A DNA stretch of 63,991 nucleotides, filler included, from Octopus bimaculoides (lineage: Eukaryota), in assembly GCF_001194135.2 (NCBI RefSeq). It is 7 parts of 5 records of this genome, joined end to end, with 100 filler letters (N's around TTAATTAATTAA, not from the genome) between each part and the next. Parts side by side here need not be neighbours in the genome. Positions count along the whole stretch, not along the records: positions 11,328 to 28,404 come from NC_068982.1; positions 28,505 to 31,753 come from NC_068983.1; positions 31,854 to 40,507 come from NC_069007.1; 4 more parts are not named here. One strand, 5' to 3'. Positions 24,085 through 36,401 of this stretch are shown here, one piece after another (position 1 is the first letter of the stretch; every line of letters begins with the position of its first letter). Made by a program: the position numbers and the translations under genes. The notes below the pieces were generated by a model. The model saw only the letters and a list, made by a program, of their open reading frames with translations, made no database searches and was not told the origin of the DNA.

Positions 24085-24118
<34 letters not shown>
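23515..24118 (+). mobile_element. 5'-truncated RTE LINE: ORF C-terminus, 3' UTR and (GAT)n tail
   Basis: GATGAGGTGGTGAAGCATGA matches the RTE coding end at 28376-28404 and continues into the family B tail. Confidence 0.85.
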
Positions 24119-24119
<1 letters not shown>

Positions 24120-24234
24120 ATATATATATATATAAATATATATATATGTATATGTATATATATATGTATGTATATATATATGTGTGTGCATATATATGTG
24201 TGTGCATATATATGTGTGTGTATATATATGTATA

Positions 24235-24294
<60 letters not shown>

Positions 24295-24359
24295 GTTTCA
24301 GCTTAGAGTTGTGGCCATGCTGGGGCAGCACCATTTTGCTACACTCTAATATATGACCC

Positions 24360-24517
24360 TTGGTGAAGAATAGAGTTTGATGTCGCTATCCTCATTTGCA
24401 CCTCTTACCATGAGATAGGTTGGGACTCTCGGCAGGAAGAGGTCCAGTTTTGATTTGAAAGCACCTACATCCACTTTGAATAGGTTCCTCGGGCTCTTTG
24501 GGAGAATATTAAAATAG
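24360..24517 (-). mobile_element. CR1/L2 LINE 3' fragment
   Basis: LF(N)ILPKSPRNLFKVDVGAFKSKLDLFLPRVP. Confidence 0.7.
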
Positions 24518-24976
24518 ATATAATCCTGTGTCTATAAAAGGGAATTCTAGATTTAGATTATGCAAAATATAAGCTCCTACAAGCATACAATATTCTTCCC
24601 CTTCATATGCCCCCATTGGTACATCAAAAAGAGAATCCTCACTCTTTTTGACCCATGTGGAATCTTCATAAAAAAGAAGGGATTTCCTTGCATGCAGGAT
24701 AATATATATTTCCAAGTCATTGATGGTGACATACTGTTTGGCGAATTCTAATGCTTTTAGAAGCAAAGGCCTAGATATTGATGGGTAAAAGTCAACAATA
24801 TCAAACTGTGTAAATTTGCAGTTATGCTTATGGCTAATCCATTTGAACCAATCTTACACTGACTTGCTATTTTTCCAAGTGCGTAAATTTAATTCACTAT
24901 CTAACTTACTTAAAACACAATCTAAAATGTATTTGCTAATAATACCTATTTCAGTTTTAACAGGATTAATCAGTCT
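24518..24976 (-). mobile_element. Penelope-like RT, inverted 5' segment
   Basis: RLINPVKTEIGIISK...WKN..V*DWF...FDIVDFYPSI...LFDVPMGAYEG...LVG...DTGLY; one in-frame TAA. Confidence 0.9.
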
Positions 24977-26114
24977 ATACAGGAATGACAGGCTTATAGT
25001 CACCCATAATTTAAACAGCCATAAGTTAGATAAATTTAGGAAGAATTTGATTGCTTTCTTCCAAAGTATGGGCTTACAGATTACAATAGAAAGAAATCTT
25101 AAAAGCGTAGATTTTTTAGATATCAACTTAGATTTACAGTTAGATAAATTTAGACCCTACCGTAAGCCAAATGAAAAGCTATGTTATATTAGCAAAGAAT
25201 CTAATCATCTACCCGTAATTCTTAGGAAACTATTTAGTAATGTAGGAAGGCAAATATCATCAATTTCTTCGGATGAGACAGCATTTCAAAATGCTGCGCC
25301 ATATTACAATAATGCATTAAGAAAAAGTGGATTCTCGGAGATCCAGTATAACCAAGCTAATGCTAGCAATAATAGGACACATAGAATTAGAACTAGGAAA
25401 GTTTTGTGGTTTAACCCAGTATTTAATATGGCCGTAAAAACTAATATAGGTAAGGAATTCTTAAAATTAGTCTCTAAGCATTTTCAACCTAGCCATAAGT
25501 TTTATAGAATATTTATTAGGAGAATGCTGAAGGTTAGCTATTCTTGTTACAAAGACTTCGCCTCTTTTATTAGCCAGCACAACACTAAAATTATTACAGA
25601 CAAATACAGTGCCGAATCTAATCTGAGGAATTGCAACTGCAAAGATGAGACTTGCTGTCTGTTGGAAGAAAAATATCTTGAAAAAGGTATTGTTTATAGA
25701 GCCAAAGTGCAAATAGATGGCTCGCAAGAATATAAAATATATACAGGGGCTTCAGAAAATTCTTTCAAGACTCAATTCTATTGCCACCACAATTCCTTCC
25801 GATACCATGAGAACAGGACAGCAACTAGTTTTGTAAAGCATGTCTGGGAACTAAAAGAGAATGACACCCGTCCTTTCAATGTAACCTGGAAATTTCTAGA
25901 TAAAGTATCAGCATACAGACATGGAGCTTATAAAAGACCTATGAAATGTGATCTCTGCCTCTCTGAAAAGTTCTTTATCCTGTTCCAGGATAAAAATGCT
26001 CTGAACCAGAGACGCGAGCTCTTAAATTCCTGCAGGCATGCAACAAAATTTAAAATGTCAACCAATAAAATACCATCTGGGCAATATGTTTTGACTTTTG
26101 AAATATTTTTTTGA
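24975..26114 (+). mobile_element. Penelope-like element: RT from motif C, thumb, and C-terminal GIY-YIG endonuclease
   Basis: LYRNDRL...VDFLDINLDL...YRKPN...WFNPVF...CNC...GIVY...IYTG...FKTQFYCH...CDLCLSEK...CRH; about 380 stop-free codons. Confidence 0.92.
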
Positions 26115-26976
26115 CTATTGCCTTTGAATTTGTCTTTACAGTGTATGGTTATTTGGCATCACAATGATGATGTATATATTTTGACTTAATCTTTAAGAAA
26201 GCCTCCTCTGTTTTATAAATTTAATTTTAAGCTTAAACTTTGCCGAGCTTCATTTTTTAATTATTTTATTTTATTTTACATACCTATTTAATTATGTTAC
26301 ATCAAATAAATATATAATTTCATTATTTTATATTTTTATATTATTTTTTACATTATAATATTATTATACACACCGGGCAGCTTTTTAAAAATTGTTTGCA
26401 TATATATGTTATGATGTAGATATGTCCCTATATATTTATATTTATGTGTATGTATGTCTTGTAGGCATGTATATGTATGTATTTACATGTATCTGTGTGT
26501 ACATATACGTGTGTGTGTGTATATGTGTATAAGTATATGTGCATGTATATATATATACATATATATACGTGCATGCATACATAGATGTATATATGTGCGT
26601 ATACTTTTATTTATGTGAGCATGTATTTGCATACATATTTTTGTACATTTATATACCAGTCTATATATGTGTATATTTGTATGTATATCTATACTAATGT
26701 AGATATATATGTAATTTTATGTGCGCGTTTGTTGCAGAAACTATATGAAGTATCTTATCCTGCTTGCTACTTGTAAATGCCTTTACGTAGCACTCTATGT
26801 CCCTATCTTTTACCCCCTTCTCTCACTAGTTTTCTGTTTCTGTTTCTTTTTCTTCTTCCTCACTGTTCTCTTCCACTTTCCCATGATTAATGTTTACCTT
26901 CTCTTTCTTTCGCCTGTAACAACTAAATTGTATAAGCATATGCCAGATTTTGTGCACATGCATGTGTGCATACATG

Positions 26977-27016
<40 letters not shown>

Positions 27017-27439
27017 TTTGTATATATATTTATGTCTCATCTGTATATGTCTATAGATGTATATAGCTAAGTACATGCGTATATAGGTATATTATTGATG
27101 GTTTAGTATGTGCATATGCTGCTAAATCTATATGTAATCCAACGTTAAAATTTTTAATTCTTAATTTTTAAACAGATATAATTTTTAATGTATTAACTGA
27201 TTTGTATTTTACAAATAATTATTTACCCTATGTATTTAGACTCTATCTTTTTATATGCTTTTTTGATTTAAGGCTTTCTTTGATTTTATAATAAGATGAT
27301 TTTATACTGAAATTTGTCCATTGCATGCTAAAGACCATTAGTTGAAAGGACTAATGAAACAAAATTGTTTTTAAATGTGTATCCATTAAACTAATTGTAT
27401 ATGTTTGCTTATAACCTTATTTCTGTTCCATTCTAAACG

Positions 27440-27484
27440 AAACTGTCTGACGAACAGGAACATGAAATTCTGAGTAACAGCTTT
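27440..27484 (+). ncRNA. Minimal type I hammerhead-ribozyme-like motif near the presumed PLE 3' end
   Basis: CTGT-CTGACGA-ACAGGAACAT-GAAA-TTCTGAG-TA-ACAG; core intact, stem I pairs, stem II weak. Confidence 0.55.
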
Positions 27485-27582
27485 TGTGATATTTTTGCTG
27501 CTTTTCAATAAAGCATATTACTCTACCTCTGGTATTTGAGTACTATTTCTTCCACCTTGTTTCACATTTATGTGCTTACTCC

Positions 27583-27615
<33 letters not shown>

Positions 27616-27929
27616 NNNNNNNNNNNNNNNNNNNNNNNNNNNNNNNNNNNNNNNNNNNNNNNNNNNNNNNNNNNNNNNNNNNNNNNNNNNNNNNNNNNNN
27701 NNNNNNNNNNNNNNNNNNNNNNNNNNNNNNNNNNNNNNNNNNNNNNNNNNNNNNNNNNNNNNNNNNNNNNNNNNNNNNNNNNNNNNNNNNNNNNNNNNNN
27801 NNNNNNNNNNNNNNNNNNNNNNNNNNNNNNNNNNNNNNNNNNNNNNNNNNNNNNNNNNNNNNNNNNNNNNNNNNNNNNNNNNNNNNNNNNNNNNNNNNNN
27901 NNNNNNTATATATATATATATATATATAT

Positions 27930-28404
27930 GTAGCTGCTAGAATAAGAATAGCTTGGGCTGTTAAGGTTGTTACCTCTACTTGAGTGAGGAAGCATTGAGT
28001 TCAGAGAGCTCTTACCTCTGCTTGTGACAAAGGGCCTCTTGCTCAGAATAGTAGGTAGACTGTATGACACATGTACTAACAGCCATGCTAATTGGCAGTG
28101 AAACATGGGCCGTGACTGCTGAGGACATGCGTAAGCTTGCAAGGAATGAAGCCAGTATGCTTCGCTGGATGTGTAATGTCAGTGTGCATACACGACAGAG
28201 TGTAAGTGCCTTGAGAGAAAAGTTGGACCTAAGAAGCATCAGATGTGGTATGCAAGAGAGACGACTGCACTGGTATGGTCATGTGATGAAAATGGATGAG
28301 GAAAGCTGTGTGAAAAAGTATCACACCCTAGCAGTTGAGGGAAGCTATGGAAGTGGTAGACCCAGGAAGACCATGGATGAGGTGGTGAAGCATGACCTTC
28401 GAAA
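27930..28404 (+). mobile_element. RTE LINE C-terminal coding fragment
   Basis: VAARIRIAWA...GSETWAV...MLRWMCNV...RRLHWYGHV...GRPRKT. Confidence 0.92.
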
Positions 28405-28504
28405 NNNNNNNNNNNNNNNNNNNNNNNNNNNNNNNNNNNNNNNNNNNNTTAATTAATTAANNNNNNNNNNNNNNNNNNNNNNNNNNNNNNNNNNNNNNNN
28501 NNNN

Positions 28505-28542
<38 letters not shown>

Positions 28543-30262
28543 TCTATAAATGTTTGTTTTATGACGGCATATAATAAAAACAATTTTACATTAAAATGAA
28601 GGATTATTCAATACTTTTGTAGAGTACACATTTATATTCACATGCTGACTGTGACTTTGAATTTTAGGCTTGCTGGCCTTCATTGAACAATCTGATGAAA
28701 GCTAGAAAGTTAAGAAGTATGTGGTTGCAAAATGAACTTCTCAACTATCAGCAAGTGTTAACACTTTTACTGAATTATTAGATTACTATATTGCCAGTCA
28801 ATAGTATGGCAATCTCATCAATACTACAGTATCAATGAGCAAGGCCCTTAATTAGGTATGAGTCAGTAATGTTTATGCTGTAAGAAAGGCATTTCATATA
28901 ACTAAATGAATTGTTTTTTTTTTCTGGGGTTTTTTCTTTTTTTAGTTTTTTCTAACAAGTTCAAATGCCCCACAAGAAAAATTAGTGATGGACTAGATAG
29001 CATCCTACCTATATTTTTGCATTTTCATTCAAATATAAATTTAGATAAGTAAAGGAAGCAATGCTTGGTGGATAAGAAAAAAAGGATAAAACTATACAAG
29101 ATGGATAAAAATAATAAAATAATTTATGATTGGTGAAACAAACAAATAAAATGGATGCAAGGTAAAAAGAGATAGAAAATTCCTATGAAGCAATGGAGAA
29201 CTAAATTTTTCAGAAATTAAGCTGCCTTAATTTCAAAGAAATTAAGAAACAAAATATAGAAAACGTAATAAGTAAATAGAAGGGAGGAACAGAATGTTAA
29301 AATGAATCACTAATTTCTCAAAAGCATTTTGATGGTGCTAAAAATCCTGAGGGGCAGTACAAAACACATCAACCTATATTTTAATGGGATGATGTCACTG
29401 TTCAAAGCAACTGCAAGTTATTTTATGGTTGGTAGTTTTGGGGGGTTTTATTAACATTTTATTCATCTATTTATTGTTTCTTTACTTTTTTGTTTTGTGA
29501 TTTTGTTTTGTAATTTTTTCATCATTTAAAACACTCAGCAATTTTTCATCTTAGAAAAGGAAGGATAGCATCCATGACCTTTTCAGAGTCCCAAGATTTG
29601 TGAGAAGTTAGTAGGAAGGTCCCCTCATTGTGGAGACCTAGCCTGAATGCTTGCAACAGAGTGAACTCAGCTAAAGATACCCAAGAACCAGGTGGTGGCG
29701 TTAAATCAGATGACAGAGTAAGTCTTAACTGAGCAAAGGGTGATCAACTGAAAGGAAGAATACACCATTGGATCTAAATGCCTAGTTTTCTAGGCTCAAA
29801 TCTTACTCTTATCACCTTTACCTTGCATTCTAAGAGGGTTAATAAAAACTGATTCACTTTGTGACTGCTAATATGAAAAATAATTAATTTAGAAAGGTGG
29901 AATAAATGCAAAAAAGATTTCAAATCCAAAAAGGTTTTCTGTAATTCCTCTAAATTCAAATCCCAAGGATTTTTTTCCTTTCTACACTTTAGAGATAGTA
30001 AGTGACAAAGCATAAGAGGAGGTTAATAAGATAAAATATAGCTTTTACCCACTAGAAAACAAACCAACTATCTGTGAGAGGGAAGGATCATGTGCCAAAG
30101 AAAGGACAACATTATATTACACACTAATTATTCCTATATTGACTCTACTCAAGAAATAAATATCAGTGGAATTAGCTACATTCTTTATATGCATGAGGAA
30201 GGTGGGGTTGTAAATTACCATATATATATATATATATATATACATACACACACACATACATA

Positions 30263-30393
30263 TCCAAATTAACACATGCCTTACTTAGGGTCCATGTAGT
30301 GTCTTAGGCCCAAAAAATTTTAACTTCTTCCATAGTTCAAGCCCACAGCCTAAGACACTACATGGACCTAAGTAAGGCATGTGTTAATTTGGA
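30263..30393. repeat. Near-perfect hairpin, 47/46-bp arms, 38-bp spacer
   Basis: TCCAAATTAACACATGCC...GTCTTAGGC versus GCCTAAGAC...TTAATTTGGA. Confidence 0.95.
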
Positions 30394-31853
30394 ATGAAAT
30401 TGGTTGTGTGGTTCTCGAGTTTTAGGGATTCACACAGACACACATTCTCATCTTTATATATCTGATATTTATGCGCACATTCCTGTAAAAAGGATTTTCC
30501 TCCTGAAAAATGGAGCTCTTGGAGCTGAAAAATGTGGGTGTGTTAATGTCAACCAGAGAAGTTGAATTGTTGGGAATCTTTTTAACTTTTGTATAATATG
30601 TATTGTTTGAATTTCTTTGAAATAGGAAATATATGTATGTTCACTGGGTTTGTAAAAGAGTGCAAAGCTACAGGAAACCAAAAGACGAATGATCACAATA
30701 ATCAGTCAGCTACCCTAGCCTAGTCGTTACTACTCCCCAATGTAGGATTCCTCATCATACAGGTGACAGGCACAGCTGTAAGATGCATTACGGATCTATA
30801 ACAATTGGAAGGGCATGACCCAATTGAAATAACAATGTGTGACGTTTGGAGTAAAGGGAAATGAAAGTGTCACCTCTTGAGTTTGCAAATGACCACTATA
30901 CCGATAGGTAACTGTGCAGAAAAAATTTACAATCAATAAATGTCTTAGAGCAACCAGTCACTCATCTGGGGACTATGTGTGTCCCAGTGATAATAAAAAG
31001 ACTGAAAGGAGGTCTGCAAGGAAAGAATTTTACTCAACACTTTGCAAGTGAATCAGTGGAGGCAAAGATGCGTCTCATTTATTTGACAATTTATGCACCA
31101 CATTGCAGAAATCACAATGTAAGTATATCTGAAAGGATAGTCTTACACTGTTGTACCGTTGAATTACAAATAATGCTCATCTGTTATGTTCGGGTGCCCC
31201 TATAGCTTCCAATGGTACAACTGTATTTATCTTTGCTTAAAAAAAAATGACTAAATTGTGGGTGTGAAGTGCCCATGAAGGGGTCTTTGTAACTTCTAAG
31301 AAGAAGAAATTTTAGAAATATTACTTTATTTGTGTGTAATATGTATGGTTAAAATTTCATCAACATCAAAAACATATGAATTTTCATGGAGGTTATGGCC
31401 GTTATGCATAGAATATAACTTCCAAATTTCATAAAGATCCATTCAGTACTTTTTGATGTAGTTTTGGATAAAAACAAATGACTAATGTGTGTGTTTGTGT
31501 GCATGTGTATGTGTGTGTGTATGGGTGCATATATGTATAGATATCTGTATGCATGTATATATGTGTACTTATGTGTACATATTACATGTACATCTATATA
31601 TATACATCTACACATATGTATACATATACATGTATGCATATAGATCTATATCTATATATCTATACATATACATGTACATATACATCTATATGTATACATG
31701 TATACATATACATCTCTCCCTCTCTACATATATGTATATATACATATATATATNNNNNNNNNNNNNNNNNNNNNNNNNNNNNNNNNNNNNNNNNNNNTTA
31801 ATTAATTAANNNNNNNNNNNNNNNNNNNNNNNNNNNNNNNNNNNNNNNNNNNN

Positions 31854-32210
31854 GATATCTTTGTGTCATCAGCATAGCTAGTGACAGTGGCTCTCTGAGT
31901 GACCGTGGGCATGTCCAGAAGGGCCACTATGAACAGTAGTGGCCCCAGAACAGTTCCCTGTGGAACACCGCTCAATATTTGTGTTTCCCTAGATAGTTCT
32001 CCATTGGCTGCAACTGTCTGACTTCTACCATTCAGGAAGTCATGCAGCCACTCTCCTAATTTACCAGCTATGCCAAGGTTTCGCAGCTTGTGACATATCA
32101 AGCCATGATCAACTTTGTCAAAGGCTTTTGCAAAGTCGAGATATATCACATCAACATTTGAATGGTCAAGTAGCTGCTTCAGGACCCAGTCATAATGCTG
32201 CAAGAGCTGC
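31854..32210 (-). mobile_element. CR1/L2 LINE reverse-transcriptase fragment
   Basis: VDVIYLDFAKAFDKVDH...SGVPQGTVLGPLLF...YADDTKI. Confidence 0.95.
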
Positions 32211-32241
<31 letters not shown>

Positions 32242-32249
32242 CCAAAAGT

Positions 32250-32381
32250 GCAGACGTGGCTGTGTGGTAAGAAGCTTGCTTCCCAACCACATGGTTGCAG
32301 GTTCAGTCCCACTGCATGGCACCTTGGGCAAGTGTCTTCTATAGCTTCAGGTCACTCAGCCTTCTGAGTGGATGTGGTAGG
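32250..32381 (+). mobile_element. SINE family A head
   Basis: GTGGCTGTGTGGTAAGAAGCTTGCTTCCCAACC... Confidence 0.85.
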
Positions 32382-33485
32382 NNNNNNNNNNNNNNNNNNN
32401 NNNNNNNNNNNNNNNNNNNNNNNNNNNNNNNNNNNNNNNNNNNNNNNNNNNNNNNNNNNNNNNNNNNNNNNNNNNNNNNNNNNNNNNNNNNNNNNNNNNN
32501 NNNNNNNNNNNNNNNNNNNNNNNNNNNNNNNNNNNNNNNNNNNNNNNNNNNNNNNNNNNNNNNNNNNNNNNNNNNNNNNNNNNNNNNNNNNNNNNNNNNN
32601 NNNNNNNNNNNNNNNNNNNNNNNNNNNNNNNNNNNNNNNNNNNNNNNNNNNNNNNNNNNNNNNNNNNNNNNNNNNNNNNNNNNNNNNNNNNNNNNNNNNN
32701 NNNNNNNNNNNNNNNNNNNNNNNNNNNNNNNNNNNNNNNNNNNNNNNNNNNNNNNNNNNNNNNNNNNNNNNNNNNNNNNNNNNNNNNNNNNNNNNNNNNN
32801 NNNNNNNNNNNNNNNNNNNNNNNNNNNNNNNNNNNNNNNNNNNNNNNNNNNNNNNNNNNNNNNNNNNNNNNNNNNNNNNNNNNNNNNNNNNNNNNNNNNN
32901 NNNNNNNNNNNNNNNNNNNNNNNNNNNNNNNNNNNNNNNNNNNNNNNNNNNNNNNNNNNNNNNNNNNNNNNNNNNNNNNNNNNNNNNNNNNNNNNNNNNN
33001 NNNNNNNNNNNNNNNNNNNNNNNNNNNNNNNNNNNNNNNNNNNNNNNNNNNNNNNNNNNNNNNNNNNNNNNNNNNNNNNNNNNNNNNNNNNNNNNNNNNN
33101 NNNNNNNNNNNNNNNNNNNNNNNNNNNNNNNNNNNNNNNNNNNNNNNNNNNNNNNNNNNNNNNNNNNNNNNNNNNNNNNNNNNNNNNNNNNNNNNNNNNN
33201 NNNNNNNNNNNNNNNNNNNNNNNNNNNNNNNNNNNNNNNNNNNNNNNNNNNNNNNNNNNNNNNNNNNNNNNNNNNNNNNNNNNNNNNNNNNNNNNNNNNN
33301 NNNNNNNNNNNNNNNNNNNNNNNNCCCTGTTCGAAGGTTATAATGGACACAGGTTCATATGTCACATAGCTAGCTAGAGGCGATGGCCTCTTGGAGCTAA
33401 TCAACGGCAGCATTCGTCCTATTTTTTTGGACTTCCATGTTGGCTTGGCGATAACTATTAATATATATATATATATATATTTACA

Positions 33486-33702
33486 TGTGTTGGGGGCTGA
33501 AAAGTTCCCGGCTTTGGGTAAAAGAAAATAGAGGAGGATCAGTTAATTATTATTTTATTCAACATATTCCCCTCACAGATTCACACACATATTGCAGCAG
33601 TCCTTCAGTTTTTCTAAGCCTTGTAAAAGAACTCGGAAGGTTGGGCCTCCAGCCAGGCCTTTTGCAACACCCTTAAAACCAGAAAGTTTTCAGCAACCCC
33701 TT
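33486..33702. mobile_element. Mariner-type MITE
   Basis: Imperfect TIRs GGGGGCTGAAAAGTTCCCGGCTT and AAAACCAGAAAGTTTTCAGCAACCCC. Confidence 0.6.
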
Positions 33703-33729
33703 TTAGATGTGTAACCATTTAACAACCAC

Positions 33730-33838
33730 ATCCTATATGAACCCCCAAAAGCCATGTAGATCCCCAAGGGCTTTTATGGACCCCCGAGTAGCATATGGGC
33801 CCACAAAGAGCCATATGGATCCCATTTGAGAACCACTG
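33730..33838. mobile_element. hAT/Charlie-type MITE right end with subterminal repeats
   Basis: TTGAGAACCACTG is the reverse complement of CAGTGGTTCTCAA; five ATATGGACCCC-like motifs. Confidence 0.6.
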
Positions 33839-34539
33839 ACAAAGAAGCTTCCTGTTGGTTAGGCATGAAAATGTTTTGTACATAGAGGTATGAATATGTG
33901 TGTGTGTATGTATGTGTATGTTTGTGTGGGGGTGGGTGAACTTATGCGTGAAAAGGCATGTGTAGTTATATGTATATGTGCGTGTGTCTGTAAAAGTATG
34001 TGGGGTGAAGTATATATGTGAATGTGGTTATACAGAGAGAGAGAGAGAGATGTTGGAGTAGATATTGTGTGGGTGTACTCAGATAAGTCAGGAGTAATTA
34101 GACACCCAGTCATCATATCATGTTTTAATGCCCGTAGACACTACAGTGATACCCACACACATTTGAATCATTAAAAGCCGCACAACAAGGTATGTCTACT
34201 AAATTTGTAGACTAAACATCAAATGACTATTTTGTTTCAAGAAATGAATCCTTCAAATTAAAAAACAAGATAAAAAAAAAAAGACGTGTATATATGTAAA
34301 GTTGTATTTATTTATGTATCTATGTGTGTAAAGATATGTGGATGTAGATTGTGTGTGTGTGTGTGTGTGCGTGCGATTTAATTATGACTAGTGTGGGAGT
34401 GGATTCTTGCATTGTTAAGTGAAACCACAAGAAGGGTTGTGTTTGTGTGCAAAGTGGTTTATGTTTGTCTTTGTGTGTGTGTATGCAAACACATACCCCC
34501 CCCCCCCNNNNNNNNNNNNNNNNCACACACACACATGTA

Positions 34540-35195
34540 TGGAGTGGCTGTGTGGTAAGAAGCTTGCTTCCCAACCACATGGTTCTGGTTTCAGTCCCAC
34601 AGCATGGCACTTTGGGCAAGTGTCTTCTACCATAGCCTCGAGCCAACCAAAGCCTTGTGAGTGGATTTGGTAGACAAAAACTGAAAGAAGCCCACCATAT
34701 CATCATCATCATCATCATCATCATCATCGTCTAACGTCCGCTTTCCATGCTAGCATGGGTTGGACGATTTGACTGAGGACTGGTGAAACTGGATGGCAAC
34801 ACCAGGCTCCAATCTGATTTGGCAGAGTTTCTACCGCTGGATGCCCTTCCTAATGCCAACCACTCCAAGAGTGTTGNNNNNNNNNNNNNNNNNNNNNNNN
34901 NNNNNNNNNNNNNNNNNNNNNNNNNNNNNNNNNNNNNNNNNNNNNNNNNNNNNNNNNNNNNNNNNNNNNNNNNNNNNNNNNNNNNNATTTTTGTGTCTGT
35001 GTTTGTACTTCCAGCCATCGCTTGACAACCGATGTTGGTGTGTTTACGTATCCATTGCAGTTCGGCAAAAGAGAGCAACAGAATAAGTACTAGGCTTACA
35101 AAGAATAAGTCCCAGGGTCGATTTATTTGACCAAAAGCAGTGCTCCAGCATGGTCACAATCAAATGACTGAAACAAGTAAAAGAATAAAAGAATA
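34540..35195 (+). mobile_element. SINE family A interrupted by a family B copy (34698-34876, minus) and a gap
   Basis: Head 34540-34697, tail 34988-35195; the B copy sits in the central microsatellite. Confidence 0.75.
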
Positions 35196-35444
35196 TATAT
35201 ATATATATATATTGTGGCAATCCGTTGGTTACGACGATGAGTGTTCCAGTTGATCTGATCAATGGAGCAACCTGCTCATGAAATTAACGTGCAAGTGGCT
35301 GAGCACTCCACAGACAAGTGAATCCTTAACGTAGTTCTTGAGGAGATTGAACGTGACACAAAGTGTGACAAGACTGGCCCTTTGAAATGCAGGTACAACA
35401 GAAACAGGAAGTGAGAGTGATAGAAAGTTGTGGTGAAAGCATGC

Positions 35445-36401
35445 CTTTCAAAGAGGTCAAATTGTTGGTGCTCGTATGGTAGGCACTAGCATAACGAAAA
35501 CAGCCGAAATGTTTGGTGTATCAAGAAGTACTGTCTCGAAAATAATGACAGCTTTGAGAAAGAGGGAAAAACTCTAGAAGAAAACCAAAACTTTCAGATA
35601 GGGACTGTTGGACTCCTACATGAATTGTTAGAAAGGATTACAAAAGTACAGCTCCCAAAATTACTGCAGAGCTTAATGACCACCTCGAAAACCCAGTTTC
35701 CACAAAAACTGTTCGCTGGTAGCTGCGCAAAGCTGGATTTCATGGGAGGGATGCAATCAGAAAACCACTACTTTCAAATTGCAAAGCGTTTAGAGTGGAG
35801 TAAAAACTTACAGAATTTGTCCCTAGAGCAGTGGAAGAATGTTATTTTCTCAGATGAGTCATCCTTTACCCTATTTCTGACCACCGGCTGAGTATACGTT
35901 TGGAGACAGCCAAAAGAAGCATTTGACCCAGACTGCCTTATTCCAACTGTTAAACATGGAGGAGGATCTGTGATGATCTGAGCAGGGGCTATATCTTGGA
36001 AATCCGTCAGCCCAATGGCTTCCCTTCATGGTAGAATTAATAGTCAAGACTATTTAAGCATTTTATCTGATCAAATTCCTCGTATGTTTGTGGAACTATT
36101 TCCGGAGGGAAGTGCAATCTTTCAGGATGATAATGCACCAATTGACACAGCTAAAGGTGTTACTGAATGGCATGTGGAACATTCTAGCGAAGTTGAACAT
36201 CTTATCTGGTCACCACAGTCCCCAGATCTCAGTATTATTGAACATTTATGGTGCATTTTAGAAAAACAAGTAAGGTGTCGATATCCTCCACCATCTTCAC
36301 TACAAGAACTAGAGACTGTTTTAGCTGAAGAATGGACAAAAATTCCTTTGGAAACAATTCAAATACCTCACATAAATTCAAGTTGTAATTACTGCCAGAG
36401 G
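35445..36401 (+). mobile_element. Tc1-like transposase pseudogene
   Basis: FQRGQIVGAR...VIFSDES...TVKHGGGSVM...FQDDNAP...PQSPDLSIIEHLW; stops and frameshifts. Confidence 0.93.

Noticed and set aside
24851-24853. In-frame stop in the PLE RT as a possible selenocysteine
   Set aside because: The codon is TAA, not TGA, and the selenoprotein-encoding Naiad PLEs have an N-terminal endonuclease, unlike this element.
24816-24975. N-terminus of the 432-aa ORF as real protein
   Set aside because: It is the antisense of the inverted RT segment; homology starts at LYRND.
30950-31119. Possible exon ending at GTAAGT (…APHCRNHN)
   Set aside because: No convincing acceptor and no recognisable protein similarity.
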